A stretch of DNA of 64,000 nt, from contig JAOOLD010000001.1 in NCBI GenBank assembly GCA_028408365.1, positions 64,450 through 128,449 of the forward strand, written 5' to 3'. Positions 1 through 9,162 of this stretch are shown here, piece after piece (the first letter of the stretch is position 1; each line of letters opens with the position of its first letter). The position numbers were made by a program, and so were the translations under genes. Under the pieces are notes generated by a model, which was given only the letters and a program-made list of their open reading frames with translations, was not told the origin of the DNA and made no database searches. Origin of the DNA: Bacteroidota bacterium. GTDB lineage: Bacteria > Bacteroidota > Bacteroidia > Flavobacteriales > BACL11.

Positions 1-657
1 CATCTGAACCTTGGCTTTGACAATGATATGTTTAGATTTCATAATCACCAAAATCTAGCTCATTATGCTAACGCTGCCGTTGATATCGAATATAAATTCC
101 CTTTTGGATTTAAAGAGCTCGAAGGGATACACTCAAGAACTGATTTCGACTTGAAATCTCATCAACAATATTCAAAAAGAAAAATACAGTACTTTGATTC
201 GGAACTTAATAAAAGCTATATACCTCATGTTATTGAAACATCAATTGGATTAGATAGAATGTTTTTAGCTATCATGTGCAATTCATACAAAGAAGAGGTA
301 ATGAATGACAATGAAAAAAGAATTGTTTTATCCATTCCACCATTTTTAGCTCCTATTAAGCTAGCAATACTTCCTCTTACGAGAAAAGATGGTCTTAGCG
401 ATAAGGCAAAAAAAATATTTAATGATTTAAAACTTGAATTTAATTGTTATTACGAGGAAAAAGACTCAATAGGTAAGCGATATAGAAGACAAGATGCAAT
501 TGGAACTCCTTTTTGTTTAACAATTGACCATCAAACTCTTGAGGATGAGACGTGCACTCTCAGATATAGAGACAAAATGAATCAAAAAAGATTAAAAATT
601 AAAGAAGTTTTTGAAATAATAGATAAAGAGGTTAATTTGAAAAATTTCATTATTTAG
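1..657 (+). CDS. glyQS: Glycine--tRNA ligase, C-terminal part (5' end lies outside the window)
   Basis: The reading frame is open from base 1 (CAT CTG AAC...). It carries class II GlyRS motifs PHVIETSIGLDRMFLAI and the anticodon-binding-domain motif LAPIKLAILPL. The ATG at 28 in the ORF track is internal. Confidence 0.85.
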   Translation, partial: HLNLGFDNDMFRFHNHQNLAHYANAAVDIEYKFPFGFKELEGIHSRTDFDLKSHQQYSKRKIQYFDSELNKSYIPHVIETSIGLDRMFLAIMCNSYKEEVMNDNEKRIVLSIPPFLAPIKLAILPLTRKDGLSDKAKKIFNDLKLEFNCYYEEKDSIGKRYRRQDAIGTPFCLTIDHQTLEDETCTLRYRDKMNQKRLKIKEVFEIIDKEVNLKNFII

Positions 658-1003
658 ATCTAAATAACTCGACAGATATTTTTTCAAAATTAGCATCAAC
701 AGGAGGACTAATTTTTTCAATTTCAATATTTACTGATTGTATCAAATCTAATTTAAATAATTCGTCTAATATTTCATCTGCAGCTGATTCAATCAAATTT
801 TTTGTTGTTTTCATTTGTTTTTTTACAATATCAATTACTTGAACATAATCAATAGTATCTTCTAATTTATCAGTTGAAATAACTTTATCGGAGTTAAAGC
901 CTATCTCAAGATTTACGATAAAATGTCCTCCCAACTTTTTTTCCTCTTCAAAGTGCCCATGAAATGCATAAATTTTTACTCCCTTTATATTAAGTTTTGT
1001 CAT
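650..1003 (-). CDS. folB: Dihydroneopterin aldolase
   Basis: 117 aa. The N-terminus IKGVKIYAFHGHFEEEKKLGGHF is typical of the FolB tunnel-fold family. Its start overlaps the gltX stop by 4 nt. Confidence 0.8.
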   Translation of the reverse strand: MTKLNIKGVKIYAFHGHFEEEKKLGGHFIVNLEIGFNSDKVISTDKLEDTIDYVQVIDIVKKQMKTTKNLIESAADEILDELFKLDLIQSVNIEIEKISPPVDANFEKISVELFRSK

Positions 1004-2523
1004 GATATTTCTTTTAAAAAATTTTCAATTCTATTAATAGTTTTTTCCTTTCCTAAAATCTCAGCTATTGAATATAATGAAGGACCATAAAGTAAATTCG
1101 TTAAGGCAAATCTAAACAAAGGAAGTAGCATTGACATTTTTAAGTTGAACTCTTCTAAAACCTCTACAAATACAGACTCAACATTTTTTGAAGAAAAATT
1201 CTCAATTTTTTTTAATTTTTCATGAAGAGTTTGTACGTGATCAAAGCTATTTTTCTTTATCCTTTTTTGCACAAGCGAATATGTATACTCATTAATGTCC
1301 TCAAAAAAATACTTTCCCTCAATCCAAAAATCTTTGATAAAAACTACTCTCTCTAAAAAAAGATCACATACTTGTTCAATATAGTCATTTGTAAATTCAA
1401 GATTATTTTTAACTAAATAATCTGATATTTCTTTAACAAGTAGATCTTTGGGTAACTTTCTAATATATTTTTGATTGAACCATTTTGCTTTTTCGAAATC
1501 AAATTTTGCACCAGATTTTCCTATTCTTTCCAAAGAAAAAGCTTGTACTAGTTCGTTTAAATCAAAAATTTCTTTTTCATTTCCAGGATTCCATCCCAAG
1601 AAGACAAGCATGTTAATGAAGCTGTTAGGTAAAAATCCAAATTCTTTATAGCCATCGTATTTCTCACCAGTTGTTAGATTTTCCCAAAGAATTGGAAAAA
1701 CAGGAAATCCAAGTCTTTCACCATCTCTTTTGCTTAATTTTCCATTTCCTTCTGGCTTTAAAATTAGTGGAAGATGAGAAAATACTGGAATCTCTTTTTC
1801 CCAACCAAGATAATTATATAATAGTACGTGCAAAGGGGCCGATGGTAACCATTCCTCTCCGCGAACAACGTGAGAAATTTTCATCAAATAATCATCTACT
1901 ACATTGGCTAGATGATAAGTTGGCATACCGTCAGATTTAAAAATTACTTTATCGTCAAGATTATTTGAATTTATTGACACCCACCCTCTAATCGTATCGT
2001 TTAATTTAATTTCTTCATTTCTGTTAACTTTAATTCTAATAACATATTTTTCTGAATTCAAAATTCTTTTTTTTACTTCGTCTTTTGAAAGTGTCAATGA
2101 ATTCTTCATACTATTTCTTGTAATAGAATTATACTGCGGTGACTGTACTCCAGAGAGCTTCATGTTCTTTCTCATCTTTTCTAACTCATCTGGGGTGTCA
2201 AAAGCATAGTAAGCTTTACCTTCATCAACTAATTGTTGTGCATATTTTTCGTATATTTTTTTTCTTTCTGATTGTCGATATGGCCCAAATTTACCTCCTA
2301 TTTCTGGCCCTTCATCAAATTCAATTCCGCACCAAGAAAGTGAGTCAATAATATATTTTTCAGCTCCTAGAACATACCTATTTTGATCTGTATCTTCAAT
2401 TCTTAATATGAACTTACCCTTTGATTTTTTTGCAAATAAATAATTGTAAAGAGCTGTTCTAACCCCACCAATGTGTAAAGGGCCTGTTGGACTTGGGGCA
2501 AATCTTAATCTAACTGGTCTCAT
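1000..2523 (-). CDS. gltX: Glutamate--tRNA ligase
   Basis: 507 aa with the HIGH-region motif PSPTGPLHIGGVRTAL and the KLSKR (KMSKS-type) loop. The length is as expected for bacterial GluRS. Confidence 0.95.
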   Translation of the reverse strand: MRPVRLRFAPSPTGPLHIGGVRTALYNYLFAKKSKGKFILRIEDTDQNRYVLGAEKYIIDSLSWCGIEFDEGPEIGGKFGPYRQSERKKIYEKYAQQLVDEGKAYYAFDTPDELEKMRKNMKLSGVQSPQYNSITRNSMKNSLTLSKDEVKKRILNSEKYVIRIKVNRNEEIKLNDTIRGWVSINSNNLDDKVIFKSDGMPTYHLANVVDDYLMKISHVVRGEEWLPSAPLHVLLYNYLGWEKEIPVFSHLPLILKPEGNGKLSKRDGERLGFPVFPILWENLTTGEKYDGYKEFGFLPNSFINMLVFLGWNPGNEKEIFDLNELVQAFSLERIGKSGAKFDFEKAKWFNQKYIRKLPKDLLVKEISDYLVKNNLEFTNDYIEQVCDLFLERVVFIKDFWIEGKYFFEDINEYTYSLVQKRIKKNSFDHVQTLHEKLKKIENFSSKNVESVFVEVLEEFNLKMSMLLPLFRFALTNLLYGPSLYSIAEILGKEKTINRIENFLKEIS

Positions 2524-2589
2524 AGCGCAATTTTAGGCAAATATAGTTTTTGATAAATAATTTTTTAATAAAATAGACTCATAAAATTG

Positions 2590-2597
2590 TATTTTTG
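2590..2597 (+). promoter_or_regulatory. Bacteroidota -7 promoter box TAnnTTTG (TATTTTTG), 4 nt upstream of ATG 2602
   Basis: Exact match to the TAnnTTTG consensus. The spacer is CTAT, followed by ATG. No convincing -33 TTTG was found. Confidence 0.45.
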
Positions 2598-2601
2598 CTA
2601 T

Positions 2602-5600
2602 ATGAAAAGTTCTGTAATTATTGAAAAAATAAATTTATTTAGAAATAAGTTTTATTTAAATCTAATAATAAAGGGAATTTTACTTTCAATTTTTTTTTCA
2701 ATTAATGGTTTTTTATTAATTGTATTCTTAGAGCATTTGGTATGGTTTGAATCATTAGTTAGACAATTTATTTTTTGGGGATTCTGCACCTCTAGTTTAA
2801 TATTTATCATATTTAATGTCATTAAACCTTTTCTTAAGATTTATCGCTTTGGCAATATAATTTCAAATAAACAAGCTGCTAATATTATTGGAGAATACTT
2901 TAGAGATATTGATGATAAGCTTCTGAACTTATTAGAGCTTGAAGAGATTAATGATGAAAACTCTGACTTACTAATTGCCAGTATTAATCAAAAAACAGAA
3001 CATTTAAATAAATTTAAATTTGAGGATGTAATAAATTTTAGCTCCAATAAAAAGTATCTAAAGCTACTATTTATACCCACTACAATAATAATATTGATTT
3101 TTATTACTGGAAATAATCAAATTATAAATGAGAGTTCAGCTAGAGTCATAAACTACAATGATATATTTACTAAGCCCGCTCCTTTTAAATTTATTTTAAA
3201 AAATAAAACACTTGATTTAATAGAAAACCGAAAACTTAAAGTTCAGCTAGAGCTTAAAGGTTCTAATTTGCCTAATGAGGTGTTCATTAGAATTGATGAT
3301 AGAGACCTTTTGATGTCAAAAGCTGAAAACTCTGACTTATATTCTTACGAGTTTTACAATATCAAAGAGTCATTCATTTTTAACTTTTATTCCAATGGAT
3401 TCTCATCTGAAAAATATAAAATTGAAGTAAAGAAAAGACCTCTAATTCTAGATTACATGATTAATTTTTCATATCCAAAACATACTTTCAAAAAACATGA
3501 TTCTCAAAAAAATATTGGAGAAATTTTTGTGCCGGAGGGGACTAAGACAAAATGGTCATTTAAAACAAAAAATGTTGATGAATTGATTTTTGCTCTTGAT
3601 AATATAATAGAAAGTAAAAGTTTTAATAATGATGATTTTGAAATTCAAAAAACTTTAATGAATTCTGGCAATTACAAATTAAAGCTTGTAAATAAGAATG
3701 GTGTCATTGATTCTAATTATTATTCAATAAGACTTTTAAAAGATAAATATCCAAAAATTAATGTTGAAGCTAATTTTGATTCAACAAATAATTTATTTGT
3801 ATATAATGGTTCAGCTTTTGACGATTATCAAATTTCAGATATCAAAATCAAGTATTTGAAAAATGAAAAAATAATAAATGAAACCTCATTAAAAATAAAT
3901 AAACAACGTGAAGAGTTTTTTGATTATAAGATTAATACAAATGAAATTAGCGAATTTGAATATGACAAACTTTATTTTGAAGTCTGGGATAATGATGGAG
4001 TAAATGGATTTAAATCGGCTAAAACTGAAGTTTTTAATCTTAATAGCACCAGCAAAATAGATGCAATTGCAAATAGGAACCAAAAAAATAATGAGCTTAA
4101 ATCAGCAATGCAATCCAGCTTTGAAACCATTCAAGAAATGAACGAAGAAATTGAAAAAATCAAGCGCTCATTAATCAATAACAAAAAACTTGATTGGAAC
4201 CAAAAAGAAAATGTCAAAGATTTATTAAAAAAACAAATGAAGCTTGAGAACGAAATTCAAAAATCTAAAGATCTTCTTAACGATTTAATTGAAAAAAATG
4301 AAATTCTTAGCCCAGAAATTATTGAAAAGCAGAAATTGCTAAATGAGATGATGGAAAAAGTTTTTGACGAAGAGCTTTTGAAGATGATGGATGAAATGCA
4401 AAAAGATTTTGAAAATTTAGATAAAGATGAAATTAAAAAACTCTTAGAAAATCTAGAGGACCAGAACTTAAACATTGAAGAAGAGCTAGATAGAGAAATT
4501 GAGTTATTCAAACAAATGGAAATTGAGCAAAGATTATCTGAACTAAATGAAAAAATAAAAGAGATAAAAAGTAAACAAGATAGTTTGACTAACAATAAAG
4601 ATATAGATCAAAACAGCATAGATAAACAAAATGATATAAAAAAAGAGTTTGATGAGTTCAAAAAAGATATTGATGAAATGCAAAATCTAAATGACTCATT
4701 AGAGAATCCTAATAATTTTGAAAATACTGAAGAATTAGAAAAAAAGATTGATGAAAGTCTTAATGAGAGCATAAAGAAAATGAAACTAGGTAATAAAAAA
4801 AGCTCAAAAAAGAGTCAGAAAAATACTAGTGATAAAATGCAAGACTTAGAAGATCAACTGTCAATGATGCTCTCTAGCTGTAAAGCGAATCAAAATTTTG
4901 AAAATCTTGAGACACTTAGACAAATTCTTGAGAATCTAATATCTATTTCTTTCTCTCAAGAGGAACTAATTATAAAAACTAAAGAAACAAACAAAAACAG
5001 TTCAGAATTCATACAAATAATAAGAGCTCAGAAAAAAATTAAAGATGATTCAGAAATTGTGAAAGACTCTCTGCTTGCACTTTCTAAAAGAGTTATTGAG
5101 ATAGAATCAATTGTAAACAAAGAAATAAATAAAATAAATAGCTACTTATCAAAATCTATTAAATCGTTAGAGGATAGGGATATAAGAAAATCAAATATTT
5201 CGCAACAATTTGTGATGACTTCAGCAAATAATCTTGCGCTTTTGTTAGATGAATCACTCAAACAAATGCAAAAACAATTAGCTTCGCAGACCCCTGGAAA
5301 TAAGCAATGTGACAACCCCGGAAGCGGGGCACCTTCACTATCACAACTCAAACAAATGCAGAAAAAATTGTTAGAGGAAATGAAAAATGGAGAAAGTGGT
5401 AAAAATGGATCTAAATCACTCGGAGAATCTCTTTCAAAAAAACTGATGCAACTTGCGCAATTACAACAAGAGGCTAAAGAAAATTTACTAAAAATGAGAG
5501 ATGAGCTAGGCAACGGAAAAAATAAAAGTGATATAGATAAGCTACTAGATGATATGGAAAAAAATAAGGATGATATAATTTTTAACAAAATATCTCAAAA

Positions 5601-5859
5601 AACACTAGATAGACAAAATAAAATATTATCAAGGTTATTAGATTTTGATGAAGCTGAAAGAGAGCAAGGTGAAGATGACAAAAGAGAATCCTTAGAATGG
5701 ATAATGAAAAATGACATTGAAACTGTAGATAAAGAAATTTCCAGGGAAAAGAAAAAAAATATTTCTGAGGAAATTTTAAAAAGAAATAATATTAAACTAA
5801 ACCCTTTTTATAAAAGAATAAATACTGATTATTTTAATAAGATTTCTCAAGATGATTAG
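2602..5859 (+). CDS. Large membrane-anchored coiled-coil protein of unknown function (DUF4175-like)
   Basis: 1085 aa from ATG 2602; the track's TTG at 2587 is less likely. It has N-terminal hydrophobic helices, a beta-rich middle region and a very long K/E/N/D-rich heptad-like C-terminal half with a QCDNPGSGAPS island. The gltX / this gene / ybeY / mnmG synteny matches what I recall for Flavobacteriia DUF4175 proteins. Confidence 0.7.
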   Translation: MKSSVIIEKINLFRNKFYLNLIIKGILLSIFFSINGFLLIVFLEHLVWFESLVRQFIFWGFCTSSLIFIIFNVIKPFLKIYRFGNIISNKQAANIIGEYFRDIDDKLLNLLELEEINDENSDLLIASINQKTEHLNKFKFEDVINFSSNKKYLKLLFIPTTIIILIFITGNNQIINESSARVINYNDIFTKPAPFKFILKNKTLDLIENRKLKVQLELKGSNLPNEVFIRIDDRDLLMSKAENSDLYSYEFYNIKESFIFNFYSNGFSSEKYKIEVKKRPLILDYMINFSYPKHTFKKHDSQKNIGEIFVPEGTKTKWSFKTKNVDELIFALDNIIESKSFNNDDFEIQKTLMNSGNYKLKLVNKNGVIDSNYYSIRLLKDKYPKINVEANFDSTNNLFVYNGSAFDDYQISDIKIKYLKNEKIINETSLKINKQREEFFDYKINTNEISEFEYDKLYFEVWDNDGVNGFKSAKTEVFNLNSTSKIDAIANRNQKNNELKSAMQSSFETIQEMNEEIEKIKRSLINNKKLDWNQKENVKDLLKKQMKLENEIQKSKDLLNDLIEKNEILSPEIIEKQKLLNEMMEKVFDEELLKMMDEMQKDFENLDKDEIKKLLENLEDQNLNIEEELDREIELFKQMEIEQRLSELNEKIKEIKSKQDSLTNNKDIDQNSIDKQNDIKKEFDEFKKDIDEMQNLNDSLENPNNFENTEELEKKIDESLNESIKKMKLGNKKSSKKSQKNTSDKMQDLEDQLSMMLSSCKANQNFENLETLRQILENLISISFSQEELIIKTKETNKNSSEFIQIIRAQKKIKDDSEIVKDSLLALSKRVIEIESIVNKEINKINSYLSKSIKSLEDRDIRKSNISQQFVMTSANNLALLLDESLKQMQKQLASQTPGNKQCDNPGSGAPSLSQLKQMQKKLLEEMKNGESGKNGSKSLGESLSKKLMQLAQLQQEAKENLLKMRDELGNGKNKSDIDKLLDDMEKNKDDIIFNKISQKTLDRQNKILSRLLDFDEAEREQGEDDKRESLEWIMKNDIETVDKEISREKKKNISEEILKRNNIKLNPFYKRINTDYFNKISQDD

Positions 5860-6262
5860 GTTTCATTTTACAAAAAGTTTCACATTAAAAAACAAAAGAA
5901 AAATAAAGAACTGGCTTAAGGAGATCGTTGTAAGTGAGAAAAAAAAGGTTGGTGATATAAACTATATTTTTTGTTCCAAGGAATACTTGAAAAAAATGAA
6001 TAATGACTACTTGTCAAAAAACTATGAGACTGACGTAATTTCTTTTGATTTTACAGATGATAATAAAATTTCTGGTGATATTTATATTAGTAGTGAAACT
6101 GTAAAAAAGAATTCAATTATATTTAATGTTAGTTTTAATAATGAATTAAAAAGAGTTATAGTTCACGGACTACTTCATTTATTAAATTACAATGATAAGA
6201 GTAAGCAAGAACAGAAAATAATGAGAGAAAAAGAAAACTTTTATATTAATTTAAATAATTGA
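5852..6262 (+). CDS. ybeY: rRNA maturation endoribonuclease YbeY
   Basis: 136 aa with the metal-binding motif VHGLLHLLNYND (H-x-x-x-H-x5-type). It overlaps the upstream gene by 8 nt. Confidence 0.9.
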   Translation: MIRFHFTKSFTLKNKRKIKNWLKEIVVSEKKKVGDINYIFCSKEYLKKMNNDYLSKNYETDVISFDFTDDNKISGDIYISSETVKKNSIIFNVSFNNELKRVIVHGLLHLLNYNDKSKQEQKIMREKENFYINLNN

Positions 6263-6281
6263 TTTTCAATATATTACAAGT

Positions 6282-8144
6282 ATGAAGTACGATATCATAG
6301 TAATCGGTGGAGGACATGCTGGATGTGAAGCCGCTCATGCTGCTGCTAAACTTGGATCTAAAGTTTTGATGATAACTCAGAACCTTGAAACAATTGCAAG
6401 GATGTCTTGCAATCCAGCAATGGGTGGCGTTGCAAAAGGTCAAATTTTAAGAGAAATTGATGCTCTAGGTGGGATGTCCGCAGTTGTGACTGATGAGTCA
6501 ATGATTCAGTTTAGAATGTTAAATAGGTCCAAGGGTCCAGCTATGTGGAGCCCTAGAGCTCAATGCGACAAAAAATTATTTGAAAAAAAATGGAGATATA
6601 TATTAGAACAAAATAAAAATATTGATTTCAAGCAAGACACAGTTAAAAATTTAATTATTAAAAGTAATAAAGTATGTGGTGTAATTACAATGCTTGGTAA
6701 TCAAATATTTTCAAATACAGTAATTTTATGTAGCGGAACATTTATGAACGGAATAATTCATCTAGGATTAAAAAATTACAAAGGTGGTAGATCTGGTGAA
6801 CCATCAGCTAAAGGAATTACTAAGCAGCTAATAGATTTAGGCTTTGAACACGGAAGAATGAAAACAGGTACTCCTCCAAGGTTAGATGGCAGGACAATAG
6901 ATTATAATGAACTAATCGAACAAGCAGGTGATAAAAATCCGGGTTCATTTTCATTTACAAATACATCTAAACTATCTAATCAATTAAGTTGCTTTATTAC
7001 TTACACTAATAGCAAGGTTCACGAGATTTTGCAAGAGGGATTTGAAAAATCACCAATGTTCACAGGCAGAATTCAAGGAATTGGGCCAAGATATTGTCCG
7101 TCAATTGAGGATAAAATTGATAGATTTAAGGAAAGAGAAAGACATCAGCTATTTATTGAGCCAGAGGGTAGAGAAACTGTAGAGATATATTTAAATGGAT
7201 TCTCCACCTCATTACCAGAGGAAGTTCAAGTCGAAGCACTAAGACATGTAAAGGGACTTGAAAATGCAAAACTATTTAGAGCAGGTTATGCAATTGAATA
7301 TGATTATTTTCCTCCAACACAATTAAATTATTCTTTAGAAACCAAATTGATAAAGAACTTGTTTTTTTGCGGGCAGATTAACGGAACAACAGGATACGAA
7401 GAGGCAGGTTGTCAAGGTCTCATTGCAGGTATAAATGCACATAGAAAATGTAAAGGTTTAAGTCAATTTATATTAAAAAGGTCCGATGCATATATAGGAG
7501 TTCTAATAGACGATTTAATTACAAAGGGCACTGATGAGCCATATAGAATGTTTACATCAAGAGCAGAGTATAGACTTTTATTAAGACAAGATAATGCAGA
7601 TATAAGATTAACAAAAATAGGATATGAAATTGGACTCATTGACAGAAAGCGATATGATAAACTAGAAAGCAAAATTAATACTGTTAAAAAGCTAGAAAAA
7701 ACAGTAAAGAAAATAAGTGCCGAACCCATTAAATTTAATTCTATTCTAAGTAATAAAAAATCATCACAAATCAAGCAAAAATTAAAGTTAGACTCTTTGC
7801 TTTCACGACCTAATATTAATTTTAATGATCTTAAAAATGGTTCAAATAAGTTAAGTGAATTTATTAATGATAATAATATAAACAAGTTAGAGGAGGAGCA
7901 AGTAGAAATTAATATTAAATATGGAGGTTATCTAAAAAGAGAAAAAGATAATGTTGAAAAATCAAAAAGACTCGAAGATGTAAAAATTCCTGACGATTTT
8001 GAATTTCATAAGCTACACTCTATCTCAAGCGAAGCAAAAGAAAAGCTGTCTTCTATTAATCCCAAAACTATAGGACAGGCGAAGAGAATTAGTGGAGTTA
8101 GTCCAGCTGACGTGAATGTTTTACTCGTTTATATGGGTCGGTGA
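6282..8144 (+). CDS. mnmG: tRNA uridine-5-carboxymethylaminomethyl modification enzyme MnmG (GidA)
   Basis: 620 aa with the FAD motif DIIVIGGGHAGCEAA, plus MSCNPAMGG and GQINGTTGYEEA. Full length. Confidence 0.95.
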   Translation: MKYDIIVIGGGHAGCEAAHAAAKLGSKVLMITQNLETIARMSCNPAMGGVAKGQILREIDALGGMSAVVTDESMIQFRMLNRSKGPAMWSPRAQCDKKLFEKKWRYILEQNKNIDFKQDTVKNLIIKSNKVCGVITMLGNQIFSNTVILCSGTFMNGIIHLGLKNYKGGRSGEPSAKGITKQLIDLGFEHGRMKTGTPPRLDGRTIDYNELIEQAGDKNPGSFSFTNTSKLSNQLSCFITYTNSKVHEILQEGFEKSPMFTGRIQGIGPRYCPSIEDKIDRFKERERHQLFIEPEGRETVEIYLNGFSTSLPEEVQVEALRHVKGLENAKLFRAGYAIEYDYFPPTQLNYSLETKLIKNLFFCGQINGTTGYEEAGCQGLIAGINAHRKCKGLSQFILKRSDAYIGVLIDDLITKGTDEPYRMFTSRAEYRLLLRQDNADIRLTKIGYEIGLIDRKRYDKLESKINTVKKLEKTVKKISAEPIKFNSILSNKKSSQIKQKLKLDSLLSRPNINFNDLKNGSNKLSEFINDNNINKLEEEQVEINIKYGGYLKREKDNVEKSKRLEDVKIPDDFEFHKLHSISSEAKEKLSSINPKTIGQAKRISGVSPADVNVLLVYMGR

Positions 8145-9025
8145 TGGAAAAGATAAACTGCCCACTATTTGAGAAGAAAACAGTCCTAAAGAATTACATT
8201 AATGTAAAGGATTACTCAAACACACAAGAAGAATTTACAATTGTTTCATGTGAAACAACTAATTTTTTATTTACAAATCCTAGGCCCAAAGAAAAAGATA
8301 TTTCAAAATACTATGATTTTGAGGATTACATATCACACTCAAATAAAAAAAATGATTTCATTAGCAAACTATATCAAGTAGTAAGAAGTTTTTCGATTAA
8401 AAGAAAATATAAACTCATCTCTAAATTAATAAGTTCTAAGAAAATTCTAGATGTTGGTAGCGGAACTGGAGAGTTTTTAAGTTACATGAAAATTAAAAGA
8501 TTTGATACATACGGTGTTGAGATAGCAAAAAAAGCAAGAGAACTGTCTATAAAAAATCACGGACTATTTGTTGAAGACTCGCTATCAAGTTTAAAGGAAA
8601 AGAATTTTGATGTTATCACAATGTGGCATGTGCTTGAGCATGTCTATGATCTGGATGGCTATATGAAAAAAATAAAAAGTTTATTGAACGATAATGGCAT
8701 TGTAATAATTGCAGTTCCAAACCATAAATGTTTTGACCAAAAATTTTATGGAAAACATTGGGCGGGTTGGGATGTGCCGCTACATTTATGGCACTTTGAT
8801 AAAGATAGCATGCTAAAACTTTCTAACAAATATGGCCTTGAGATTTCTTCAATTCATCCTTTATATTTTGACTCATTTTATGTATCGCTACTAAGCTCAA
8901 AATATAAACATAACTCATCAAAACTTGTTCAATCATTTATAATTGGATTATATTCTAATTTAATCGCAAAATTTAAAACTGGGGAATACTCAAGCCTGAT
9001 ATACGTATTAAGAAAGAGTATTTAG
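8141..9025 (+). CDS. Class I SAM-dependent methyltransferase
   Basis: 294 aa with SAM-binding motif I ILDVGSGTGEFL and a downstream DVITMWHVLEHV block. ATGA overlap with mnmG. Confidence 0.75.
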   Translation: MMEKINCPLFEKKTVLKNYINVKDYSNTQEEFTIVSCETTNFLFTNPRPKEKDISKYYDFEDYISHSNKKNDFISKLYQVVRSFSIKRKYKLISKLISSKKILDVGSGTGEFLSYMKIKRFDTYGVEIAKKARELSIKNHGLFVEDSLSSLKEKNFDVITMWHVLEHVYDLDGYMKKIKSLLNDNGIVIIAVPNHKCFDQKFYGKHWAGWDVPLHLWHFDKDSMLKLSNKYGLEISSIHPLYFDSFYVSLLSSKYKHNSSKLVQSFIIGLYSNLIAKFKTGEYSSLIYVLRKSI

Positions 9026-9062
9026 GGCGATTTAAGCAATTTTAGCACAAAATTAAGCCCTA
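9023..9062 (+). terminator. Possible terminator / structured 3' end after the methyltransferase gene
   Basis: The outer 6-bp stem TAGGGC (9023-9028) / GCCCTA (9057-9062) includes the stop codon. An inner stem AATTTT (9038-9043) / AAAATT (9049-9054) has a 5-nt loop. It is followed by TTATT. Confidence 0.25.
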
Positions 9063-9150
9063 TTATTAAAAAGTAATTATATTGCCTTATATGAAATATT
9101 TATAACTTGTTGGTTTTCAATACCTTAACTTTAATTTACTATTTTTTGTA

Positions 9151-9158
9151 TATATTTG
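9151..9158 (+). promoter_or_regulatory. -7 promoter box TATATTTG, 4 nt upstream of ATG 9163
   Basis: Exact consensus match. The spacer is TAAA, followed by ATG. This is the first gene of the FN3 / galE / polysaccharide gene string. Confidence 0.45.
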
Positions 9159-9162
9159 TAAA

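Noticed and set aside
4257-5588. Ser/Phe/Leu-rich antisense ORFs (4257-4595 and 5142-5588) inside the coiled-coil protein gene.
   Set aside because: They are mirror images of the GAA/AAA/GAT-rich sense codons (TTC/TTT/ATC), which removes stop codons on the opposite strand. This is a compositional artefact.
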